From: an uncultured Lachnospiraceae bacterium
GTDB taxonomy: Bacteria; Bacillota; Clostridia; Lachnospirales; Lachnospiraceae
DNA: 64,000 bases
Assembly: GCA_910586355.1 (NCBI GenBank)
Contig: CAJUHJ010000001.1
Location: 69,615-133,614, forward strand
Reading direction: 5' to 3'
This document shows positions 39,551 through 49,600 of this stretch, in pieces (the first letter of the stretch is position 1; the number at the start of each line of letters is the position of its first letter). The notes under the pieces are model-generated. The model made no database searches and had not been told where the DNA came from. It was given only the letters and a program-made list of their open reading frames with translations. The translations under genes and the position numbers were made by a program.

Positions 39551-39958
39551 ATGGATCAAATATTGTTAGAAGAATACACAAAAGTAGTAGAGAATAATCC
39601 TTTTGCTGCAAAGATTGGCATAGAAATTTTGGATATTTACAAAGGATATGTCCATACAAGGGTAAAAAAACGGATGGAATTGGAAAATATATATGGGGAT
39701 TTGCACGGCGGATGTTTGTATACGATAGCAGATAATATGGCAGGGGTGGCTGCAGGCACATATGGGTATTATGTGACGACTGTAAACGGAAGCATACAAT
39801 ATTTAAAGGCTGGAAGAAATACAGAATATATTTATTGTAAAGCGAAGGTAATAAAGGCAGGGAAGACGATTTCTGTGGTACAAGCCGAAATTACAGATGA
39901 CAAAGGAATTCTGCTGAATACGGCAGAATTTACGTATTTTAACTTGAAGAAAAAATAG
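39551..39958 (+). CDS. PaaI-family hotdog thioesterase
   Basis: NIYGDLHGGCLYTIAD...IQYLKA...KAGKT. Confidence 0.88.
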   Translation: MDQILLEEYTKVVENNPFAAKIGIEILDIYKGYVHTRVKKRMELENIYGDLHGGCLYTIADNMAGVAAGTYGYYVTTVNGSIQYLKAGRNTEYIYCKAKVIKAGKTISVVQAEITDDKGILLNTAEFTYFNLKKK

Positions 39959-39969
39959 GGAGGCAGAGT

Positions 39970-42387
39970 ATGAATAGAGAAGAATTTAGACAGTGGATAA
40001 ACAAAGGAGCTGTGATTTTAGACGGAGCGACCGGCAGCAATCTGCAGGCTGCGGGCATGAAACTTGGGGTATGTCCGGAACAGTGGATACTGGATCATCC
40101 GGATAGTATCTTAAAACTGCAAAAAGAGTATGTAAAAGCCGGAACAAATATTTTATATGCCCCGACGTTTACGGCGAACCGCGTGAAATTGGCGGAATAT
40201 GGATTACAGAATCAGCTGGCAGAGATAAATCAGAAATTAGTCTCTCTTTCCAAGGAAGCTGCAGGCGGACAGGCTTTTGTTGCAGCAGATATATCAATGA
40301 CAGGGCAGCAGCTTTATCCAATTGGAGATATGCAGTTTGAAGAACTTGTGGATATTTATAAAGAGCAGGTTCGTGCATTAGAAACGGCCGGCGTAGATTT
40401 GTATGTAGTAGAAACAATGATGAGCCTGCAGGAATGTCGTGCTGCAGTAATTGCTGTCAAAGAATGTAGCAGCCGTCCAATTATGGTGAGCCTTACGTAT
40501 GAAGAAAATGGGCGTACGCTCTATGGAACCAATCCGCAGACAGCAGTGGCTGTGCTTCAAAGCCTTGGCGTGGATGCGGTCGGAATGAACTGTTCTATGG
40601 GTCCTGATACAATGGCAGAGCAGGTAAAAGCAATGTATGAGACAGCGTATATACCAATCCTTGTCAAGCCGAATGCAGGACTGCCGAGACTTGAGGATGG
40701 AAAGACGGTTTATGATATGAATCCTTTCGATTTTGCGGAATCAATGAAATCGCTTGCAGTATGCGGCGCGCGTATATTTGGCGGTTGTTGCGGGACAACT
40801 CCAGAGCATATTAGGGCAATGAAAGAAGCGTTGTCAGAAATCAGCCTTCTTCCAGTAAAGACAGAGCACAGACGTTTTCTTGCTTCAGAGCGTAAATTGA
40901 CAGAAATTCAATTGGACGGCTGTTTTACAATTGTAGGAGAACGCATTAATCCTACCGGCAAGAAAAAACTTCAGGAACAGCTTTTAAAAGGCAGTCTTGC
41001 TATGGTTTGTGAAATGGCTGTACAACAGGAAAAAAACGGCGCCACAGTGCTTGATATTAACTTGGGAATGAATGGTATTGACGAAAAATCAATGATGATG
41101 AACTGCATTTACGAGGTAACGTCTGCCGTGGATTTGCCTCTGTGTATTGATTCAAGCCATGTAGATATTATAGAGGAAGCGCTTCGTATTTATCCTGGAC
41201 GGGCTTTGATTAATTCAATTTCTCTGGAAAAAGAAAAGTTTGAGCGGCTGCTTCCAATTGCCGCAAAGTATGGGGCAATGTTTATATTACTGCCGCTGTC
41301 CGATGCCGGACTTCCGGAAACCATAGAAGAAAAACATCAGATTATAAATAAAATTGCAGCGGCTGCGTTAGACATTGGTATGGTAAAAGAAGATATTGTT
41401 GTGGATGGTTTGGTTGCAACAGTGGGGGCAAATCCAAAAGCGGCGTTGGAGTGTCTTGAAACAATTTCTTACTGTAAGGAGCAGAATCTGGCTACAATTT
41501 GCGGTTTGTCCAATATTTCTTTTGGCCTTCCGGAGCGAAGCTGTATCAATACTGCATTTTTAACGGCCGCCATTACGAAGGGGCTTACAATGGCGATTGC
41601 AAATCCGGCTCAGGAAGCGTTAGTCGATGCGGCGTATGCGGCTGATCTTTTAATGAATAAAGAGGGGGCAGATTTACGTTATATTCAAAGGGCAAACAGC
41701 AAAAAAGAGCTAAAAGTCCCTGTACACGCCATACCAAAAGAAGATGAGATACCGCAGAAACGTATTTTTGACTGTGTAATTGATGGAAATAAGGGAAAAA
41801 TTTTAAATGAAGTAGAAAGCGCTATAAAAGCAGGGGCAATGCCAGATGATTTGATTCGTGAAACTTTGATTCCGGCGATTAACCGTGTGGGCGAACTGTT
41901 TGAACAGCAGATATATTTTTTGCCGCAGTTGATTTCTTCGGCAGGCGCAATGCAGAAAGCAATCGCATATTTAGAGCCAATGTTAGAACAGAAAGGAGCG
42001 TTAGAGAAAAAGGCTTCAGTTCTCATAGCGACAGTAGAAGGGGATATTCATGATATTGGAAAGAATCTCGTAGTATTAATGCTTAAAAATTATGGATATC
42101 GTGTGATTGATTTGGGAAAAGATGTTTCGGCAGAGCAAATCATTGAAACTGCAATACACGAAGGAGCGCAGATAATAGGCTTATCTGCACTTATGACGAC
42201 GACAATGATGCGGATGAAAGATGTCGTGAAACTTGCCAAAGAAAGGGGCTGTCAAAGCCGGATTATTATTGGCGGCGCTGCTGTTACAGAGAGTTTTGCA
42301 GAAGAAATTGGCGCGGATGGATATTCAAAAGATGCAGCAGACTGCGTTTTACTCGTAGAGAGGATTTTGAGTGAAAATGTTCATTAA
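39970..42387 (+). CDS. metH: cobalamin-dependent methionine synthase lacking the C-terminal reactivation domain
   Basis: ILDGATG, GMNC, GGCCGTTPEHI (Hcy/Zn); VGERINPTGKK (pterin); EGDIHDIGKN and GLSALMTTT (B12 binding). Confidence 0.88.
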   Translation: MNREEFRQWINKGAVILDGATGSNLQAAGMKLGVCPEQWILDHPDSILKLQKEYVKAGTNILYAPTFTANRVKLAEYGLQNQLAEINQKLVSLSKEAAGGQAFVAADISMTGQQLYPIGDMQFEELVDIYKEQVRALETAGVDLYVVETMMSLQECRAAVIAVKECSSRPIMVSLTYEENGRTLYGTNPQTAVAVLQSLGVDAVGMNCSMGPDTMAEQVKAMYETAYIPILVKPNAGLPRLEDGKTVYDMNPFDFAESMKSLAVCGARIFGGCCGTTPEHIRAMKEALSEISLLPVKTEHRRFLASERKLTEIQLDGCFTIVGERINPTGKKKLQEQLLKGSLAMVCEMAVQQEKNGATVLDINLGMNGIDEKSMMMNCIYEVTSAVDLPLCIDSSHVDIIEEALRIYPGRALINSISLEKEKFERLLPIAAKYGAMFILLPLSDAGLPETIEEKHQIINKIAAAALDIGMVKEDIVVDGLVATVGANPKAALECLETISYCKEQNLATICGLSNISFGLPERSCINTAFLTAAITKGLTMAIANPAQEALVDAAYAADLLMNKEGADLRYIQRANSKKELKVPVHAIPKEDEIPQKRIFDCVIDGNKGKILNEVESAIKAGAMPDDLIRETLIPAINRVGELFEQQIYFLPQLISSAGAMQKAIAYLEPMLEQKGALEKKASVLIATVEGDIHDIGKNLVVLMLKNYGYRVIDLGKDVSAEQIIETAIHEGAQIIGLSALMTTTMMRMKDVVKLAKERGCQSRIIIGGAAVTESFAEEIGADGYSKDAADCVLLVERILSENVH

Positions 42388-42473
42388 TTTTTGCGGTAAA
42401 AACATTTGCCGCAGTCTTGCATTTTTGGAAAAAAGTGTATACAATTAATAAAAAAGGATTGGAGAATGGTGCT

Positions 42474-43463
42474 ATGGCAATACTTGGATTTGGAGAATTA
42501 ATCGGTATGTTGAAGAAAAACCCGAAAAAAATTGTCTTTACAGAAGGGACGGACTCCCGTATTTTAGAGGCGGCTTCCCGTCTTTTAGCAAGTAATTTTT
42601 TAAAACCGATATTGGTGGGAGATGAAGACGAGATTTTTGCGGCATCTGAAGAATGTGGATATAATATCCGCGGAGCAGAAATTATCGATCCGAAGAAATT
42701 TGACAGGTTGGATGAAATGGCTGAAATGTTTTGCGAGCTCCGTAAGGGAAAAGGCGTTACCCTAGAGCAGGCAAAAGAAACGCTGCTGCAAACAAATTAT
42801 TTTGGAACCATGCTGATAAAGATGGGGATGGCTGATTCTCTTTTGGGAGGGGCGACTTATTCCACGGCGGATACGGTCCGTCCGGCATTACAGCTGATTA
42901 AGACAAAGCCGGGCAGCAGCATTGTAAGCTCTGTATTTATTTTGGTGCGTTCCCGGGCGACGGGTGACAGTGAAGTATTAGCAATGGCAGACTGCGCGAT
43001 TAATATTCGCCCGACGGAAGACGAGCTGGTAGAAATTGCGATTGAGGCGGCTGAATGCGCCAAGATTTTTGGCGTAGACCCGAAGGTTGGATTTTTGAGT
43101 TATTCTACATTCGGTTCTGGAGCGGGAGAAGATGTTGACCGTATGCGCAATGCAGCAGAAAAGACTAGGAAAAAAGCGCCGGATCTTGCCGTAGAAGGTG
43201 AAATGCAGTTTGACGCGGCGGTGTCTCCGCGTGTCGCGCGTACGAAATGTCCAGAATCTGAAATTGCAGGCCATATCAATACGTTTATATTTCCAGATAT
43301 CAGCGCTGGAAATATTGGGTATAAAATTGCACAGCGTCTGGGTGGTTTTGAAGCGTATGGACCGATTCTGCTTGGTTTAAATGCTCCGGTAAATGACCTC
43401 TCCCGCGGCTGTAATGCGGCGGAAGTCTATTCTATGGCAATTATTACGGCAGCTTTAGCATAA
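42474..43463 (+). CDS. pta: phosphate acetyltransferase
   Basis: KIVFTEG, STADTVRPALQLIK, EGEMQFDAAV, GNIGYKIAQR, PVNDLSRG; ATG 42474 preferred over the track's TTG 42417. Confidence 0.93.
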   Translation: MAILGFGELIGMLKKNPKKIVFTEGTDSRILEAASRLLASNFLKPILVGDEDEIFAASEECGYNIRGAEIIDPKKFDRLDEMAEMFCELRKGKGVTLEQAKETLLQTNYFGTMLIKMGMADSLLGGATYSTADTVRPALQLIKTKPGSSIVSSVFILVRSRATGDSEVLAMADCAINIRPTEDELVEIAIEAAECAKIFGVDPKVGFLSYSTFGSGAGEDVDRMRNAAEKTRKKAPDLAVEGEMQFDAAVSPRVARTKCPESEIAGHINTFIFPDISAGNIGYKIAQRLGGFEAYGPILLGLNAPVNDLSRGCNAAEVYSMAIITAALA

Positions 43464-43501
43464 ATTGAAAGACAATTTTCAAAAAATTAGAAATAATATT
43501 G

Positions 43502-43536
43502 AAAAAGCCAGATTGAATAAGATTTGGCTTTTTTTT
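43502..43536 (+). terminator. intrinsic terminator
   Basis: aaaaagccagat / atttggcttttt with T tail. Confidence 0.7.
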
Positions 43537-43643
43537 CTTTGCTTACTAGTGTTTTATTCAGAAATATGTTAAACTAAAAGCATAGTTTGCAGAAAGGAGA
43601 CATTGGAAAAAGTTTTTTGTTAAGGGAAAGGAGAATATAGGAT

Positions 43644-46600
43644 ATGGGAATACGAAGAATATTAAGAAAAACAATGTCATCGATATTAGCGCTAAGTATG
43701 ATAGTGGGGAGCGCTCCGGTAGGAGTGTATGCAGAACAGTCTAAAGAAAGCCGGGAATCTTCGGTTGATTTGACAGAAGGTCTGGTAGGATATTGGACGT
43801 TTGATGGGGGCACAGAAAATGACGAATGGTTAAAGAGCAGTGTGACAGATGGTCTTGTAGCAACAAAGACAGAGAACGGGGTCAGTCTGTCAGAAACCGG
43901 TGGAATCGTGGGCGGTGGTGTAGATTTTGCCGGGGTACGGGACACGTATCTTACATTGAAACTAAAAGATGCAAATGTACCAATAACGTCAGCTGTGAAT
44001 GATACTGGTTTTGCGATTGGGGCATGGGTGAATTATCGGACAATAACATATGACGGAGCAGCCAATGTACCTACAAGTGTGTTCCATTTGGATGGCGACA
44101 GTGCAGGGCAGCCAATTTTGTCTATTGGTTCGCTGTCGAATGGAGATGTATATAATACGAATCTGGGCGGAGTGTTGAAGTTTAGTACGCAGACGATAGA
44201 AACACAGAAGTGGCATCATGTAATGGCTGTATATCAGAGTGGCAGAATTTATTTTTATATTAATGGAGAATTAAAAGGTAATGAGCAACTTGCAGGAGCT
44301 ATTACATATGGAGATGGAAATCGGGCTGGTGATATCCGTGTTGGATACCACAGAGCAAATGATAGTGCGGCGGTTGATGGGGTCATGGATGAGATTCGCT
44401 ATTACAACAAAGCAGTCTCTGCAGAGGTTGTGCAGGCGATTTATAATGAACAGGCGCTGAGACTTGATATTGAATCGCTTAAGGAAGAACTTAGGGTATT
44501 GCTTGCACGGGCTCAAAATTTGAGCGGTGGGACAGAAGACTCTGAGGTTGCGTTAAGTTCGGCAAAAACTGCGGCAGAGAATTTGGTGAATGGGGAATTA
44601 CAGCTGACAGAAGCAGTGAAAATGGATTTGATTCAGAAAAAAGAAGCTCTTAAGTCAGCAATTAATCAGTATCATACAGAGGAAAATGCTTCAATTCCCA
44701 TACGGGACGGATTGGTTGGATACTGGACATTTGAAGGAGATTCAGAAGCAGGCTCTTTGGCAAGTAAAGCATTTGTGCAAAATGTCACTGCAGCCAAAAC
44801 AGGAACCGGCGTTACTTTATCAGATACCGGAGGGATTTCAGGAAAAGCTGTTTCGTTTACAGGCGATAATACTTCATGGCTGACATTAAACTTAAACGAT
44901 GCAAATAAGGGGCTTATGCCAAGTACGAATGCCTTTACTCTTGGTGCATGGATAAAATATGAGCAGATGGATACATCGAGTGCAATCAGCGTTTTTCATC
45001 AGGACGGAACGAGCACGGGTCGGGCAATACTGACGATTTCAAACCATGATTCAGGTGCGGGTATGCGTTATGGCACTTATCTAAAGGGTGGTAACAATTA
45101 CAGCGCTAAGAAGATTATGGCAGGAGAGTGGCATCATGTTGTGATTGCTGTGGATGCTGCCGGAAGTGATAGAAAAGCAAAAATTTATGTGAATGGAACA
45201 TTGACGAATGAAACAGATGCGGCAATTTCTAATCTGGTAGATGGAAGCGGTAATATCCGTGTTGGAGCGCATAGACAAAATTCAGACAGTCCGGCGATCA
45301 AAGGTGTTATGGATGAAATCTGTTATTATGACAGAACATTGAGTGCGGAAGAAATTGCATCCGTTTATTCTGCGTATGGGATGCAGTATGTTGAGACAGC
45401 AGCTATCCGGGCTGAATTACAAGAGCTGATAACAGAGGCGCGGGCATTGACCGGAGGAACCCAGGCAGCAGAAACTGCGCTTAATAATGTGATTGAAGAA
45501 ATTACAACACTGCTGGAAGATTCTTCTACTAATGTGGCTGCATTTACAGAAAAGAAGACAGCGCTTGAAAATGCGATTACGGCATATGAAGAAAGTATAC
45601 AAATAGAAGTTACAGCAACTGCAGAACAAGGAAACGGAACAGTTACTGGAACTGGAAATTATAGATTAAATGATAACGTAACGATTACAGCAACGCCAAA
45701 TGAAGGTTATAGATTTATTGGCTGGTATAAAGGAGAAGAAACAGACGCAGTATCCACAGAGACTTCTTATACATTTCAAGCGACGGAAAATGTTGCATTA
45801 ACAGCAAAGTTTGAGAAACTGAAATTTGATGTAACTGTGGATGCAGGAGCAGGCGGAACAGCAAGCGGCGGCGATACACAGATAGAATATAACGAAGAAA
45901 TAACGGTTACAGCAAGTCCGGCAGAAGGTTATGAGTTTACAGGCTGGTATAAAGATGGAGAGCCAGACACAGCAGTATCCACAGACGCTTCCTATACGTT
46001 TCATGTAACGGAAAATGTTACATTAACAGCAAAGTTTGAGAAACAGAAATTTGATGTAACTGTGGATGCAGGAGCAGGCGGAACAGCAAGCGGCGGCGGT
46101 ACACAGATAGAATATGGGAGCGAAACAACAGTTACAGCGACTCCGAATGAAGGATATTCATTTCTTGGCTGGTATATAGGAGAAACTGTAAAATCAGCAG
46201 ATGCGGAATATACATTTATTGTAACAGAAACAGTGACATTGACGGCAAAGTTTCGGGATGCGACGATTCCGGCAGAAAAGGTGGACATTACTGTTCAGGC
46301 AGAAACAGGGGGTACGGCAAACCCTGCTACGCAAAATGTAGAGGTTGGAAGCAATGCAACAGTCACAGCAACGCCAGACACAGGTTATGAATTCCTTGGC
46401 TGGTATAGAGGGACAGAGCAAATATCTACGAGTAATCCTTATATATTTATCGTAGAAGAAGGATTGGATTTAACAGCAAAATTTGAAAAGAAACAAATTG
46501 CAGTAACAGTAACAGCAAATCCATCAGAAGGCGGAACAGTAAGTGGTGCAGATCCAAATGTGGAATACGGTACATCAATAACGGTGACAGCGGCGGCAAA

Positions 46601-49600
46601 TACTGCTTATCGTTTTGTAGGATGGTATTCTGGGGATTCAGAGACAGCAGTATCCACAAATACTTCCTATACATTTGAGGCGACAGAAGACATTACCTTG
46701 ACAGCAAGATTTGAAAAGAAAAAGTTTGCAGTTACAGTAACAGCAAATCCGCCGGCAGGCGGAACAGTAAGCGGCGGCAGTCAAGAGGCGGAATATGGTA
46801 CACAAGTTACCGTTACAGCGACTCCGAATGAAAGTTATGAATTCCTTGGCTGGTATGTTGGAGACACTTTAAAATCGTCAAACGCATCGTACACATTTAC
46901 CGTAACAGAAGCATTGGCATTAACGGCAAAATTTGAATATTCGGTGCCTCCAATAGAAACGGTAGCGGTAACTGTTCATGCAGAAACAGGTGGTACAGTC
47001 AGTGGTGGTAAATCGGATGCAGAGGTTGGGAGCGATATCACCGTTACAGCAACGCCTAATCCAGGTTATGAGTTTTCCGGCTGGTATCAGGGTGAAACAA
47101 AAGTATCAGATCAGGCTTCCTATACATTTGAAGTGGCAGAAGCGGTTACATTAACAGCTAAGTTTTCTGTTAGGAATGTGAATGTTGTGACAGAAGGGCT
47201 TGTAGGGTATTGGACATTTGAAGGAGACTCCGAAACAGACCGTTTGGCAAGTAAAGCATCTGTTGCAAATGTGAATGCGGCAAAAACGGGAGAGGGCGTC
47301 ACTCTGCCAAATAGCGGAGGTATTTCAGGCGGGGCTGTTTCGTTCGCAGGCAATAATACTTCATGGCTGACATTAAACTTAACCGGAGCAAATAAAGGGC
47401 TTACGCCAAGTACAAATGCGTTTACGATTGGCGCATGGATCAAATATGGCGCAATGGAGATAGACAGTCAGAATGCGATAAGCGTTTTTCATCAGGATGG
47501 AACGGATACGGGACGGGCAATTCTTACAATTGGAAAGAATGGCCAAAATGGTATGCGGTACGGCACCTATCTGGCAGCGAGCAATCAGTTCAGCACAGAA
47601 AATATAGTGGCGGAAGAGTGGCATCATGTTGTAATTGCTGTGGACGCTCCCGGAACTGGCAGAAAAGCAAAGATTTATGTGAATGGTAAATTGACAAATG
47701 AAGCAGATTCTACACTTGCAGCAAATTTGGTAAACGGAAGCGGCAATATCCGCGTCGGAGCACATAGACAAAATACTTCAAGTCAGGCAGTAAACGGCAT
47801 TGTAGATGAGATTCGCTATTATGACAGGGCGATTAGTGCAGAAGAAGTCAAAACAATCTATGATGTATATGGAGATACGGTAGAAGCGGAAAATTTGAAG
47901 CAGGAATTGCTTGCTATGCTTGAGGCTGCAAAGGAGATGACCGGTGGATCTGAGGAGGCGACAGAAGCGCTCAATGCAATTATTACAGAGATAGAAACAT
48001 GGCTGGAGAATAATCCTTCGGCGAATTCAGAAGCGCTTGAACAAAAAGCGGCAGAACTTCAGGCAGCTATTGATGCGTATGAAGCAGGCACGCCCGTTGT
48101 GGTTGCAGTCGATACGACAGATGAGTTAAGAGAAATTCCATCCGCTATGTTTGGAATCAACCACCGTTATCACAATTACGGATATGGAAGCTGGGATAAT
48201 GAGAACGATAAAATCTTTGATGATTTCAATCGTCTTGCAAAAGAGGCAAGTTTTGGGTCTGTGCGTTATCCGGGAGGAACCGTTTCCAATCTCTTTACCT
48301 GGAAAGACTCCATAGGACCGAAAGATGAGAGGACGACGATTATTGCCGGCAACAATTTTTATTCAGGTGCAGGGGAAACTCCGGTAGATCCGGCATTTGG
48401 TGTAGATGAAGCAATGAAATGGATTTATGACGATTTGAAATCAGAGGCAATTTTTGTTTATGGTTTTGGACGCGGCAACCCACAGGATGCGGCAGATTTG
48501 GTAGAATACTTAAACGCGCCGAATGATGGCAGCAATCCAAACGGCGGGGTAGACTGGGCGGCTGTACGTGCGGAAAACGGACATGAAGAGCCATATGGTG
48601 TGATTCGATTTGAGCTTGGCAATGAATTCAGCGATACAGGGCAAAATTACTGGATGTCAGGACTGAGCGAACATAACAAAGGAGTGGTAGACCTTTATAT
48701 AGAAGGCGACCGGATGACAATCTCAGGACAGCAAAGTTATTACCAGTTAAACAATAAGGTTGCCAAAAAAGGAGACTGGAGAGATGCTGCTTCTAAGAGT
48801 GATGGCAAGCCGAATGAAGAACGTTATGTATATTATCTTCCGGTTGTAGAGAATACGGCAACAGTATTTGTAGCAGGGACAGAATGGGAGATTGTAGATA
48901 CTTTTTCGGGCCAGGGGAAGCGAAATGTATGTACCTTTGATTATGAAACTGGAAAAATAACATTTGGCGACGGCACAAACGGCAATATTCCAAGCGCTGG
49001 CGCACAAATTACCTGTAATTATAAAACAGATCAGTCTGGTTTTGTAGATTATTATGATGCTATGAAATCAGTTGCAGATGAAATTGGTACAGATATTGAG
49101 ATTTATTCCGGTATATTTGACGGACGCCAAAATGATTTTATTGATAAAATGCATCAAAAAGGATATGACAATAAGTACGACGGCGTTATTATCCATCCTT
49201 ACAGCAGCGGTGTTTCCAGTTATGAAGATTCTTTAGCGAGAGCCAAGGGATTTTCCAATAATATTGCGACTTATAAAAATAAGATGCACACTGTTACTGG
49301 TGACGACAGAAAAAAGGTAGCGGTTTCTGAATTTGGTATTTTAAGCGTTACTCCTGCCAGCAATTATCAGACTTCGATAGGCCATGCGATTTATATTGCA
49401 AATCATATGATTGACTGCGTGAATTCCGGTGCGGCTTATCAGAATAAGCACTGCCTGGTGGATACGACCGGCGCTAGTGATAATCTGGGAGCATGGCAGC
49501 AGTGTGTGATTCAGTCTCACCAGACAGACAATGGATATCAATATGTATCGACGCCTTCCGCACGATTATTCTCTATATTTAATAATATGACCGGAAGTAC

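Noticed and set aside
39970..42387. MetH lacking the SAM-dependent reactivation domain as a pseudogene or novelty
   Set aside because: Split methionine synthases are established in Clostridia and Thermotoga, and the ORF ends cleanly after the B12 domain.
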